Source: Perkinsus chesapeaki ATCC PRA-425
Taxonomy: Eukaryota > Protista > Perkinsozoa
Reading direction: 5' to 3'
NCBI GenBank assembly: GCA_013115145.1
Contig: JAAPAO010000031.1
Location: 58,788 to 122,787 of the forward strand
Length of the DNA: 64,000 nucleotides
Position numbers and translations under genes: made by a program
The notes under the pieces: generated by a model
What the model was told of the DNA's origin: nothing
What the model saw: the letters and a program-made list of their open reading frames with translations, nothing else
Databases searched by the model: none
Shown: piece by piece, positions 1 through 13,800 of the stretch
Position numbering within the stretch: position 1 is the stretch's first letter
Layout: each line of letters starts with the position of its first letter

Positions 1-2817
1 GGCACAAAGGAAGTCTTCGATGGTGCTGCAGTAGCTTGGTTCTCCGAGTTGTATCCGAAGCCATATAGTGTACCCCCTACAATCATCACTAAGCCAACCA
101 TGGCAATCCACCGTCGGCCTTACCCTTCGCGACAGCTCCATGAGCCTCTCCCACGGCCGCTGCCTCCACCTTGCCTTCACCAGATATCAGCACGCTCGCT
201 GCGCCACCGCCACCTAGCTTGGCCATCATGGTTCCAGATGCTGGGGGCTCGTTCTCTGAGGAAAATGACTTAGAGACAGAAAAAATATACCCTATCGAAG
301 AGCCGCTAGTCGACCCACAATTTAACGCCCTTCAAATTCTTAGGAAAAATGTTTTCAGGCCGAAAACATCTCGTTTGCGTATTGCTCATGAAAGTGCGGA
401 ACAACATTAGTCCAGGGAAACTTGAAAGGATCACTGTCGAATGCGACTAAGGAATTTATATCCCCTATGCAACGGTCGTTTATATCACAAGTCTGCAAGT
501 ATCTTGCCCGTTTCCATGAAAGTGCAAGACAATAGAGGCTTGCTGGCAAATGGTCATTCCAAAGGGTCATTGATGGGCAGGCTACACTATGTCATACCGC
601 ATGGCCTCACCTTTATGGTCGCCATTCTTAGTATGCTCCTCATTCTTCACTGGTGTCTCCACCTCAGGGCCAGCAGCCTGCACTGCGCCCCACATAACCA
701 CGGACTCATCGGCGTCATCGCAAACGCAAATCGTTGTCACCTGTTTCCGCAAGTTATTCTATCTCACTCTTCCGACTTCCCACCTTTCCTGCAGTAACGC
801 TTTTGACCGGCTGAGGAACAGGTACTCTGGTCGCCTCGGTGAAGTCCTGGTGGAGACCGTGACCGATTTGCCCTGCGGAAGAACACCTTAGCGACACTCA
901 CCGCATCACGACCAACCTTGAGAATTGCTGCCCCAGGCATAGACGGAGCCGTCCTTGCCCACCGCGACACTGTGCCCGCCTCCAGCCGCTATATCGCTGA
1001 TCTCGGGCAGATGTGGTACCTATTCGATATTGAACTTCTGGAGGCAAACACTGCATGGGTACCTTTTGAGGGCGCTGCTGGCCTACCACATCAATGCCGT
1101 GGAGGCCCCATCCAAGCTGACCGAAATCTGAATGAAAAATTAGTTGACAAATTATAATCCGTCAAAACTGGGGTGCACAGGGGCCTAAAGTGAGCAGTTG
1201 TTGATCGCCTCACCGTTATATCCCCAGGAATAGACCTCTCCTTCCTTAGTCAATGCCAGCATGTGCTGGTCTCCACAAGATACCTAAGATGATAGAGCAG
1301 GATAGTGATGATGACGGATGTGGGATACAGTAGTGTGAATGTGAAATGAATACAGCAGCAGCAGCAGCCAAGCTCACTTTAACAATCCTCTTTCCTGCTA
1401 AACCCACTGTTGAATTATCCTGGCCTGGCTTGTTGCCATTGCACCAAGTCTCTATAAAGAGTCTGGGCCAATTGCTCGCTTGGTATCTGATCATTCGGAT
1501 ATCTCAATTGATAGTGAAGGTGGAAGGTGATAGTGATACAGGTTCCCTAAAATTGTTTCCCCGATCTACTTCACAACAACAATTAACCCGATCCCTTAGG
1601 ACGAGAAATTGAGTCAATTTAATTGACCGCGAAAAAGATGGATCTGGACGGTCGGGAATCCAAACTGCAAGGATAAGCTAATAATGTCTGATGATAACTA
1701 CATCCACGAGGTTACTTTCGGCCATCACGCGCCATGACGGTAAAAACGGAATAATGATGGAATAATATAACCACTGTTCGATCACCCATTAAATCATTCA
1801 CAGTAGGGCCGTTCAAGATGAGTATTCCCGCATGCTCACCTTCCCCAAGTCCACAGCTGCCCTGACTTTGTTATAGCAGCTGAATAATCAGGTCCACATG
1901 CAACTGAAACAGGTATCGTTATCGCAAGCACATCAATAATGGCTCACTCTTATCGATATACACATCACTAGGTAGCACAACACTCGTTGGGATGATCCTG
2001 CCACGCTCATCTCCTGTACCAAGCTGACCAGAGTCATTGATGCCCCATGACATGACCTGATCCCAAGCCTCACAACACTACCGTGCTTCACTGCTATCAC
2101 CTTGCCCCCTTCGGTCAGCGCTACTGCATGGCCGGCGCCTACCGCTACAGCCTTAACACGCTTCCGTGCAAGAGACAAAACATTCTCCAGTCCAGGCACC
2201 GATTGGCTGCCTGAGGTGCAATTACGATGCCTATAATGATGCTCGGGAAATTATGAGACCTTTTAAAAGCGCTCAGAAATATAGCGAACGCAATATTTCT
2301 GTTAGTACGGATTTTAGTACGCAGTAGCGAATACATGCTCTGCACGCTACGGGAAACGTATCCAAGCTTCAAGCGTGCACGAAGCATTCTAAGTCGGTAT
2401 AAGATCTATATCGGATCTTACCAGTCCACGGCATTCTCCCCCACGCAAAGACTCTGCTGTCAGACGTCACCGCTGCCGGGGAGCCATCAACCACTTGGAC
2501 CAGGCCACCATAAGATACATACCTGGCTCACTAATGCTACCTCCCCCACAGTCCCAAGATTTACCCTGTAATGGCGGCGCTGTCTGGAATGTACACTCCA
2601 ACCTCAGATCTCAGATGGACAGTGTAGACACTGATGAACTGACGCAAACGGTTATAGTTCTCAACCTGACAACAGCACAGCTTTCCCTCGACCAAGAGAT
2701 GCAGACTAATACAAATAGCTTCTTGAGGTTCATGCTGGGGCCTTCCTCATACCCTCCATGCTTCGGCAGACGAATCTTTATACAGCATGGGGGACCACGG
2801 CGACCATGGTAGGCCAT
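1..2817 (-). CDS. RCC1-repeat (beta-propeller) protein, multi-exon; 3' end runs off the window, 5' end uncertain
   Basis: Minus-strand exons joined by GT-AG introns give repeated RCC1 motifs: AAVTSDSRVFAWGR (~2420-2460), VKAVAVGAGHAVALTEGGKV (~2100-2160), VSCGDQHMLALTKEGEVYSWGYN (~1214-1286), FGQLGWG...ISDIAAGGGHSVAVGKDGSVYAWGSNSQGQIGHG (~850-1130), GTLYGFGYNSENQA (~30-80). Confidence 0.85.
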
Positions 2818-3070
2818 ATAGAGCTGATAGAGATGAAGGATTTATGGTATGGATTATGATAAGATATATTCCGAAGACACAGCATTGATGAAAGTATATA
2901 AGATACTATCGACATTAGTATAATGCTAATACATGTTTTTATTATTAACATATACTATACAAGTTGACATAACAATACATAACATGTCGTCTTAAACTAC
3001 CTTAAATCGTCTCTCCTTCTTTGGTGCAATATATTCCATTTCAACCTTCTTTCGCTCCCCTGTAGGATCC

Positions 3071-4507
3071 TCAAGTGCTGCATCTTCCTCTCGTTCCCGA
3101 AGCTAACACCGATAAAACTTCATTACTAAATGGACAATACCGACCGCCGTAGTAAGCCAGCTGCATCTCGAGTTTAAAAATCTCATTTCCAACGTACAAA
3201 ATAGCCAGCTTGCGCCACGTCAGAGAATATGCCGGAATCTCCACAAATACTACCTTTCTCTTTTCCGTCTCTTCGTTTCTTACAGAATCATACGCTCGAG
3301 AATCTATCCCATTGATATCACCTAAGCGTATCTTTGCGCACTCGGAAGATTTCACCGGTATTACATATCTCATCAGGATCGTTGCCGTAGAGTGGCGGGG
3401 CGTCGACGTGATCTGGATCAATCATAACAGTACAACCAATAAACTGCGCAAAGAACCTCTCACCACAACCGACATTCCGGCACGCAACAGAACCTCAACC
3501 AGAAACATCTCATGACGTGGACTGGGCCCAGCGAGGGCTGTTCGATGGCTTCCCTTTTTTCAGCTTCTTCCACTTCTCCGTCTGAAATACCACAGCTAGA
3601 GGTGTCAGAAAAATACCATCTCATACATAATAGGTATCTCGTCGCTTAAGCCTATCCAGCTCCTGTTGAGGATATGGAAGACCGAGAACCGTCCGATATG
3701 CTATCTCATGGTTTCGAACCTGCGCGGGTTTATTGACGACTCAGTACGCCAAAGAGCTCACCCGAAACAACGATTCCCCTACTCGGATGAACATCTTGCT
3801 CCATTGCCCTGACAATGACAATACTATCGTTCGTTTTCTATCACAATCACGCATGATGCACTCTGCATCTATCTTGCCATCTCAATAGAAAAATGAGCTC
3901 GCAAGGTTTCCGCATTCAACCTAGGCTTTGCCACACGGCCTTTATTTCCACTCTAGCTGTGCACGAATTTCGTGACATCCTGGAGTCAATACCGTCACCC
4001 GAAATCTCAGTGAAAGAGAATACGTATCTTCGCTGTCCCTTTCGACACAATCGCCATCTGTCCCCAGCAATACCTTTCTTATTCCTTTTTTTATTCCATG
4101 TCGCAAAGGAAACACTCAAGGGGCCACCCAGCAACCCTGGCCGACCGCCGACAAGATACGGACATACAAAAGTCAACAACATAACTACAATGCAGATCCA
4201 TAATTACCGCGCGCCAAGAAAATACTTTGCTTTCAGAGACACATAGTGCAAGCCATGGCTATATGTCAAATTGTTGCTCATCATACCGGAAGGAGATGTA
4301 ATTGACCCGACAGGAATCTTGTGGGTCGGATAATATGTACCTGATGGCACCCAAAGCGAGATGGCCAGTGTCGGAATACTCCCTAGCTTCATTGAAAGAG
4401 TCGGGAAATTCATCACAGAAATCGTATAAAGGCGTATGCTCGAATGCTGGGATGGAAAAGATACTAGCTGGTTCAATAGAAAATGTGGTACTAGCAAATA
4501 AAAGCAC
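3071..4507 (-). CDS. Hypothetical multi-exon protein, no recognised domain
   Basis: Colinear minus-strand open segments (4259-4507, ~3750-3870, 3071-3421) separated by GT-AG-bounded gaps such as gtgagc...cgcag near 3700-3750. No motif recognised and the start was not located. Confidence 0.35.
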
Positions 4508-4745
4508 CGAATGCGCTCACTGATGAGAAATATGATAACGGAGTTCTAGTGAAGACTGTCCACTCTCAACGATGCACTAAATTCGACATTCCAATCGCTA
4601 AGCTACAACCTTTAGCAAGTTGCAACATCCCTGTTCGTTCCTTATAGCCACATGCGCCTATAAACCATGGGTTCCCGGTCCCCCCGTTATAACCTCAACG
4701 CACTGTCCAATACAGCAGCTGAGAACATCTCTCTACTGGCCACTG

Positions 4746-6634
4746 TCACCGGATGAGCTATACCCAGGGGAAAGTCCTCCAATAGCACCTTTACATCCTC
4801 CGGGAAGGTAGGCTCATGCCACTCAACGATAAGCACATCACACCTATCACTCCGCCACTATCGACATGCAGCCATCAGTTGCCTTACCGACACAGAGCCG
4901 TCCTTTCCCAAAGCATCCGTCTAAGTATCCTGAACTCCGAGCCTTCAATATCCATCACGCAAACGCAGGAATCTTCCTTTCGGCAATTAGCTAGTAAAAA
5001 GTATCTTTAGGTCGGATTGAGCTCCTGTACCAGCGATGTAATCTATGATATCTACCACAGCAACTTCCTCTCCCTCAGAGACCAGCCGACCCCCCTCATC
5101 TCGAACCGATCCCAGCGACCCATTGGACGGTCTCGCAAAGTACCTTGATACTGGCAAGTCAACAAATCAACCTCCCAAAAATCTTAAAGATACTTTTACA
5201 GCGACCTCTCTTCCCCAGCCACCCCCGCTGCTGCCGGTAACACTATTATACTGTGATTAGGATACCTGCCGTCCCACATAGACCTTCCTTCCGTAGACCC
5301 CTTTAAAGCATCACTTCTCCGGCAATCTCTCCAGCGCTTCCCTGTGGATCGGGTTTGGTTCTATAGCATGTAGTACCGTGTTCTCCGGCGTGAATCGATG
5401 AAGCCACCCCTACTAATAACCTTACCAACTATCCGTGCCCTTGTGCTCACCTCATGGATAGCAATAGAACTAACAACGCTCCGAGGATGCTCATGTGGGC
5501 TCAAAAACTTCCCCACAGATCGGCCATCATTCGCACCGATATTAAATAATACCAGTTTCTCCTCGCTTGCTGTTCGATCCATCGCGTCACAACAGTCTGG
5601 AACATCTCATAGATAGGAGTGTCATCCACCTCACCCGGGGAGACAGTTGCACAAAGTTCCCCATGGTCCTCCTTTGCCAGACAGCAAAGGTCATACGATG
5701 CTCCACTAAGCCTTGGCCCCTTATGCGTCATCACTAACAACACGTAATATAATTAAGCTTCGGATTTATATCCCTTATAATGAGCAAGAAACAGTCAACC
5801 GGCCATCAGCTTCCCGTTACTACCTAGTTGGTCATAGGAATATGGTTCCCATAGAAAGCACGACTCCAAGTGGGCTGGATGAGAAAGTGTGGCCAAAGCG
5901 GCCACTATAGAGCGAACAAGTGGCATTTACCAAACTGCTTACAAGTCTGGCCATGCCTCTTAACCGGATTTCCCGCAGGCTGCTAATATGCACCAAAAAA
6001 GTAGCAAATCGGTCCACGTGAATGTTGAATAAATTTCATGATCACCTCGGTTTCGAAATCGGCTTATTGAGCGACCTCACTTCAGGAATTGGAATAGCTC
6101 CGGTCTACCTCAGCCCAGCCCGAACATTCCCTCTCAGATGGAAAAAATTCCCGGAATTTGTTAATTTTTTTAGTGGGAGTGATGTTTACTTCAACACCGC
6201 TGCATGCCAACAAAACCCTGACGGTGAGAGAAACAGTCAGAGTTCCTGCGATCCTCTTCCGTCCCTGTTCTTCAACCATTCCTTCACCTTTGCTGAATTG
6301 CTAGCCACAGAGCTCAGCGGTCTGACACCGAGAGCGGTAAAGAGTGTTTAAAGCGAGCCCAACGTACATTGTTTTCATTCCGGTGCCTGGATGAGTTTGC
6401 CAAGCTGCTTGGGACTCTCCGAGAAGCTTCTGGAAATCCGCTGTGGAATTTTCTCCTGTTCGATGGCCTCGAGAGCCCTTAACGTCTGAGCAGCGGTGTT
6501 GTGAATCCGACCTCAAAAATATCTTTACATTTAGCAGCTTCCTTCATAGATATTTCCTCTTTGCGAGGAGCCTGCTCAGATCGAGTGGCCCCGGTTACTA
6601 TTGCCAACAACGACAAGGCAAAAAGAAATCTCAT
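4746..6634 (-). CDS. FkbM-like (Methyltransf_21) SAM-dependent methyltransferase with N-terminal signal peptide/anchor
   Basis: Spliced exons give MRFLFALSLLAIVTGA (hydrophobic start at 6634), motif I LVLFNIGANDG (~5520-5550), EPNPIH (~5340), VAVVDIIDYI (~5040), VMDIEGSEFRIL (~4930-4965) and VLIVEWHE (~4815-4840). This is the canonical FkbM motif order. Confidence 0.75.
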
Positions 6635-8936
6635 AACGACCAAACAGTCACAGCGCAACTCCAGCACACTTACAGAGCTCCAGCGCAGCATTTTTGGCGC
6701 GCGCCCGAAAATGCATTAGCGTCGGGCAAATCTCCTGTCGGAGGATATTCATTTAAGCATAGACGAATCTATACAGAATAACCCCAAAAGAAGGGGAAGC
6801 TTTGATGGTGAGATGGGGGTGGTACTGACGGCATGATTTAGAAAAAATATGGTATCAGATTTTGGAGATGATAGACGGAGTACGGCTGAGGAAATAAGAA
6901 TATCTGACCCGCAGAACCCTTACGCTAGAAGGGATGCAAGGGAGAGAAAAGAACTAATTGATATGGTGTGTTGTCGAGCCTACACAGCATTTCTGAAATG
7001 CCATTTCGTTGTGCTGAGATATGAGCATGTAGTACATGCTCGCAGTAGGAGATTCCTCTTCTACGAACTCATGGAAGAGGTCCTTGAATCGATTCACTAA
7101 ACATTCTAGTAATAGAAGTTATAATGAATGATAATAGCTTATGCATCGACCATGAGACTAGTGCAACGCTACACAAACTTTTTACACAAAGGAAAATAGT
7201 AATATCATCATGATAAGAGCCATGACCGTGGATTCAATAGCTCGCAGCTTTCATACCACCTTTGGTTCCGGAGGAGTTCTTCAATACCTAACTTCACTCG
7301 GATAGGATAGAATCAAATACCAACACGCGTTTTGAATGGGTCTGCCAGGTTAATCAACTGGCCTCTTCTGGATGGACCGATGACGACGAGAAGATATTGC
7401 CGTTACTAAACGAACAACAGAAAAGAATGATACTCACCGTAGGCACTTTGGCATTCGCTCCAATGAATCAATAAGTTGCTGTATAATTCCCGATGTCCTC
7501 TCGATTGCCGTCTGCGACACAGCGCTTCATCTTGCTGTTTTTGGTAGTGCATCTTCATACCTCAATTAGGCACTGACCGATGTTCGCACCTTTGTTATAG
7601 CTAAAAGTGAAGAGATGCAGAAGAGCATTCAAGTCTTAAACTTCAGCAGGGAAGCGAGTAGAGTAACCGTGGGAGGTTTAGAGGACCAGCATAGTGACGA
7701 TGATGATGATGATGCAAATAGCAGCTAATGTAAAAGATAGATACATTTGAATCGTGTTGAGTTAATCCCTGTGATTTGAGAGGTTAGTACTCCAGGTCTC
7801 CGCCAGTAGAATTACTATTATTACAGGATAACTCGTTGTCCCAAGTTAAACACCGGAAACTAGAAGCACGTCGCTGCGCACTTTTGAGAAACCACGCGCG
7901 TGCATGCCGATTGCACCACTCAACTTAGCGTCCACCGGCTACATGCTTTGACGCCAAATCATTCGGGCCGAGATGATATTTTTTTGCTCACATCCCTCCC
8001 GCTCCAGGCACAAGAACTGGCTAAACCCGCACTGCGACGTCGGAGTATTGTGTTCGATACGAACGCCAAGATTGATACTCATGCCATCGTCTCAGTTCAG
8101 GGAGCATAGTTCTTCATGACAAGCGAAGCTTAAGGTTTCTAACTTTAGACTTCAGCTCGTCTTCAGACCCACGTGCCTTCTAGTGGGGATGTTTGATCCA
8201 ATGATATCCGAAGGAATGCTGTAATAATATAACAACCGAATTACTCGTTTGCGTGCATCAACCCTTAGGTAGCACCTACACAGTGGGATGCTCTACATAG
8301 GGGGTTATCAGCTTGAATGACGGAGCTGACTCCCGCCCGGTCGAGAGGGATATGCAGACCTAAGTGTTCTGTCTCTAGACTTTTGGGTTGAAATAAGTTT
8401 CCAGAGCAGAAGTTGGTTTTACAACATGGCATTCGCTCGACAACATTTCGTCGCATTCTTCGTCGCTGCCCGAAAAAGCGAATACAGGGGTATTCGCTTG
8501 GTATTTTCGACCAACAGACGCGTAATCTGTGTGCTTATGGATGTCTTCTCACTTGTTGTTGTTAGAGAAGTAGCGGCTAACGGTCAGCGATATGACTCGT
8601 ATCGTATGAGAAGCATGTGTGCTCGAGAAATATCGATTTCCTTGGCGGCCGCATATCTCATCTTCGAGCACTTGCGTAGTTCCATTGCTTAATGATAGCA
8701 TCTTATTCCATTGAGTTCGGACTTCTCGATAAGTTAACTCGGAGCACTCGGGTCTCGTGGTGACCGCAGTACGTGAATGTACCCCGCCTATCTAGTCGAC
8801 ATATCTTTACTTTTTTTAATATTGTTTCATACCGTTTTCGACTTGCGCAATGGGGAGGAGGGTAACCTACACTGTGTAGATTTCCGTCTTGTTTAGGTAA
8901 GAAGTTAATCCTTCGATCCGTATTACGGATTCCGTA

Positions 8937-9811
8937 ATGGCAATGTTGCGCTATACGTGCCTATTATCTGTACTCTTGGCATCTGATGCTGCTGAACCGC
9001 TGGTTGCTAATACTAAGAAGCTCATGGAAAAAGAATTGCTATATTCGAGAGTCCGTGGGACAGAATATATATTCATACCTGATAAGTATGTAGCTGTCGC
9101 TTCGCCAGCAGACGCGATGGAACAAGGTATGACTCCAAGGAAGCGTTTTTGGAGGAGCACGAAAGTTCGAAGGCAAAAAATACAAAGTGGAAACATACGT
9201 ACGTTTACAGCTACGATCCTTTCAACCAAGAAAGCGGGGGCATTCACTATTCCTCTACGCCCTCTATTTTACGTTTGAAGGATGGAGTGAGCACATTATA
9301 CTCTTCGTCGAGGAATTCAAGGGTCCACGAATGTTTTAAAGATGTTAAACTAGCATGTTTCTTGGGTACTTGTACAGAGGAAGTGGCTTCCATGGAAGTC
9401 GTAGAGGAGTTGAACGAAATATGCAAGAATGGCTTTTCTGCTCTACAGCCCTCTTCTAGCTTCCCAAAACCGGATGGCTACTACACTGGTATAGGTAACC
9501 AAGTGACCGTTGAACACAGAGAAGAAATTCAAGTCAACTTCGAATTTGGTTAAGGTGACCTAAAGAAGGTTCGAGTTGATGGGGATCGTGATTTGGTAGT
9601 ATACCACCCGCTGTGTTCCGGTTTGATAGTAACTGCGGGACATCCAACTATCACTATGATTCTTGAGAAAAGAAAGAAGAAAGAAGTGCATCCAGACCAT
9701 TATTTATGCGGTAATGAGCATGTGAGGAGGAATCTTACATGGAAAGAGCTCACCAAGTGGGACCGTGATCTACCTGACAGCTTTAATATCCATACGAAGC
9801 CGCAGAAATAA
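8937..9811 (+). pseudogene. Disrupted copy of the intronless secreted-protein family (paralogue of 49742-50620)
   Basis: Signal peptide plus ELLYSRV...EYIF in frame 3. Homology continues in frame 2 (ILRLKDG, CFKDVKL, EELNEICKNGFSAL) after a shift near the A6 run at ~9175-9180. In-frame TAA at 9551-9553, then VVYHPLCSG...HYLCGNEHVRRNLTW...WDRDLPDSF. Confidence 0.8.
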
Positions 9812-10814
9812 TGAGAAGTGGTGTAGGTGATGGTTTCCATGGTACCTTGGTCGAATCTAATACATGAATGTTGGTAAGGTGTAAAGCTGTTTACGTATTG
9901 TCTAATGCCCAGACTGTAATGTTGAGTTTGTCTTTGAGACAAGTGAGCCAGATAGTCGTAGTGGAATATCGAATCGTCCAAGGAATGCACATGATGTCTC
10001 TTTCATCTCTCCGCGAAATGCCTTTACCGAAGGAGAACTATGAGACTAGATTATCAATCAACTCCGTGAAAAGAGGATATAATGCTGTAAGAGAGGTTGT
10101 GCTATGTCTACTGTACATATCGATCATTAAGCTCAGCGTAGCTTATCACTGTTGACCCGTATTAGGGTATAAACTAAACTCTCCCAAGAATCTAGCTGTT
10201 GAGTTCAACCATTACCATGCTATGCACGGTAGACAATGGTGATCAACTAGAAAGACTTGGCGCTGTTACTGAAAGCATAGCGAAGCGTTTCGACGAAAGA
10301 GCAGAGAATGACACCCGCTTGTCCGTCGCACACGCAGAACATGCTGACACAACGTGTTTATCGCACGCGTGCAGTAGAGCCTCTACTGTAGAGGCAGCGA
10401 TCGATAAAACGAGCAAAGAGTTGTTCTTAACATCCATGCGTCATGCGCATCAGAAATGTAGCGCTGGAATAGGTTGTCTATTTTAGCCATCACCTGGGAC
10501 TTTCACCCTCGACAGAGGAGTGTCTGATCACCCTACGTTAGCTGACCAACCATCAGGCCCGAGTCGCAGCTATCGGGGTAAAACCGCCAAGAATTTACCG
10601 CCTCAAGGACTTTCATAAACCGTTGATGTGCGTTTCGAGCACCACCGCGAGGAGGCCTACGAGTTTCCCTTCGTACTGTTGAGCCACAACTTGTCCGTCC
10701 GTGAGCCAGCCTCATGAATGATGATCAAAGTTGAAAAGTTTGGCGATAACGATGACAAACTTGAAACACAAGCATCCTCATTATTGAGTAGAAACAGGTG
10801 AATGAATGATTAGT

Positions 10815-13800
10815 TTACTCTTCATCCGACGAAGCAGCAGCCTGATTGAGCTGTTCTTGATAATCCTCAAGCTCCTTTTTGATAGACTCAACATAATTCT
10901 CCCCACCACGGGCCTCCACCTATAAACCAATACGACATATGCCCACTAGACGTGATCTCACTTCAGTGTGATCCTTAACATGCTTATCCATCTCCTTAGT
11001 CGCTTGCTTCCTGGCCTTCTTGCTGATCTCGGAGCCGTCAGCAAATGTCAAAGGCAATCCAGCATCATCCCAGGAACCATACCTAGCAACCTTGCAGTAA
11101 ACATGCCAAATATCATCACGCTCACTTTTCCGTATCCCTTAGAAAGTCCGAGGGTGTCATTAACGCCTTCGTCCATCGCTGAAGCTCTTTAGTCTTTTCT
11201 TGGACCTTCGTCTCCAACTTCCGCCTCTCCTTCATTCGAGCCTCACGTTTCTTCTGAGCCTTCTTCGCTACCATCTCCCGCTTCAATGCTACCGGGTCCT
11301 CCAGAGACCAGACACTAAAATTCACGCCGCGTCAACTCGGCCGGCGGCGGCCGAATCCCACCTGCTGCCGTTAGGCTTGTCCTCCAGACGAACTCCAAGG
11401 TCCACCATAGTCTCGTCTCTGAGCTCATCACACATCTGCAAAAGCGTCTTGTTCTTCTCCGCCTGGGCGACGGAGCGAAGCTGCTCTCTGAAGCTGGCGA
11501 AGGCCGTGAGCACACTCGAGAGCGTCTTGGACTCCTCGCCTTGAGCGCCACTCGACAACCCGAGGACATCAGCATTATCAGTCACACCGAAGATTGTTAA
11601 CATCTTCTGTACCTGAACAGATGAACCAACATATAGCAGCTCGACGAGAGCAGGACAACATACATATTGGGCGGCTTGCTGGACCAAAGGGGCCTTCGGG
11701 TTCTCAGATTTGGCCATGTAGGAGTTAACAGCGGTAACAATGTTATCCAACTGCGCCATTGCCTCCGACCTAAAATACGCCATTCCCTAGAACCTGCTTT
11801 GGCATGCTCACGTATTGAAGTTATCGCAAATAGCTTCGTGAACTGCTGCCATCGCTGCCGCGATTTGGTCGTTTACGGCGAAGTCGAGAGATTCCTCTTC
11901 CCACCTGCAAGAGCTCCTCCGCGGTCCTCCACACCTCCACTTACTTCTGCCTGGTGGCGTAAGGTGGGCTAGTTCGTATAAGCTCCTTAACACGATTGAA
12001 GAAGGAATTGAAACGCGTTTCCTACAACAACAACGGCGGCAAGTCTGCGCCTGCGCGGCAACCTACGTCTGGTGGCTCACCTTATCCTTTGCCTCCGAGA
12101 TGGTTTGGTCAGAGAAATTGATAGGCTTGTCCCACTGCTGCAGTAAAAACATAATGCGCAATTGGCGAGCAGTGTAACTGACAAAAAAGCATACGTCATA
12201 CTAACCACGCCGGGCACAGGAGGATGTTCTATTGGAGGCCGTAAACGATTATGATACAACAAGGACATCACACGGAGACAGAAATGATTGCGGAAATTTA
12301 CACAAAAAATGTTGGAATTTTAAAATTTCGAAAATTCTGACAGGAAATGATTTCATCTCGCATACTACCTCTGCAACGCCTGTCTGATAGTGATGAAGTT
12401 CTTAAGACTCTTGCTCATCTTCAAGCCTTTAATATGAAGATGTCCAGCATGCATAAAGTAGTTAACCCATTGAGAGTCGCTGGTATTACAGTTACCGCAC
12501 GAATCGCCTACAACCGACACTGCCCACCAGTCGGCTTGAGCATCTTACTGAAGTGATAAGCCTCGCTCTGAGCTATCTCATTGTCATGATGGGGGAACTT
12601 CAAGTCCGATCCTCCACCATGAATGTCAATATGCGATCCCAGAACCTCGCTTGCCATCACCTGATACATCTGCGTACCAAAAGCTCCCAGAGTTGGACAA
12701 GGCTACGCTGCACTCGATGTGCCAGCCGGGGCGACCAGGGCCCCAAGGGGACTCCCAGGAGGGTTCGCCACGCTTGGAGCTCTTCCACAAGGCAAAGTCG
12801 TTCCTATGTCGCTTTTCCGATCCGAACTCACCCCCTGCGGCATTTGCAGAGAGGGCACCTGGAAAGGATTATTTCCACTCCAAGCCAATAGCCAATGACA
12901 GTCAGCAAGCTCAACCGTCTCACTCGAGGCGATGAAGGAGTCCGAAGCCACAGTAATGTGCTTGGCCAGACAATGGAGCCTCGAAGCACTTAAGTGTAAT
13001 ACTCTTCACTGGGTAGCAATCTCAGACAAATGATGCGATGCAGTAAACTATAAAACGGGTAATGAAAGTAGGCTAGCGTATCATAGTGATTACAGTTAGT
13101 AATAGTATGAATGTTATAGTACGCATCCACCACCCCTAGTACCTTCCCCTTCGGCAATCTCAGCATCTGTTGCTCCCTTACCCGCAGAAGGCACCAGCTT
13201 GGGGTAATCAAAACCATGTGTCTAGGAAACAATAGTAACATCAATACCAACAACACTCCGGAGCAATAAGATAGAACACTTCTCCGTATCTCCAACGATT
13301 CTGCGCCTCACGAGGTAGAGTTCCGGACACGCGGTAAGTTACACTGATAAAAAGTATTAACTATCAAATAATGACTAAGTATAATATTATCGGTTACTAT
13401 AATAGTGCCTATGAACCTACCCACAGTAGATATTCAGATCATATAGAGGATCAGTAGACCCCAATCCACTCACCCTTAGTATTTGATACTCTCGAACGAA
13501 CTTTAGTACAAACATAAGGGAAGACATAGCAGTTCTACAATCAATACATTGCGAACAGTATGAGTTATATAATAATTAATTCCCCTGCCCTATCAAAAAT
13601 CCTTAATAATTGCACCTGTGAGTACCTTATATCGTTCAGTGTCAAAGTACACCGATCCCTTGCTCTCATAAGCTACGCCGCGCTGCACCAGCGTCTTGAT
13701 GAACTCCACAACCTCAGGAACGTATCTGATAAATCAGCTTCCACCACTCTACCATGGGAAAACGTTACTCAGTGATACGGGTAATCACCGTGGGCTCCCG

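Noticed and set aside
6800-7750. Probable multi-exon hypothetical gene on the minus strand
   Set aside because: Several GT-AG-bounded open segments exist, but I could not build a consistent model or find a motif.
9171-9182. Programmed frameshift of the Perkinsus mitochondrial AGG type in the secreted-family copy
   Set aside because: An AGG-C is present, but homology needs a -1/+2 shift, not +1. The gene is nuclear and also has an in-frame stop, so decay or a homopolymer error is simpler.
12651-12935. Plus-strand ORF inside the CysRS gene, suspected inserted element
   Set aside because: It is the antisense shadow of the DFALWK...[10 protein letters not shown] exon.
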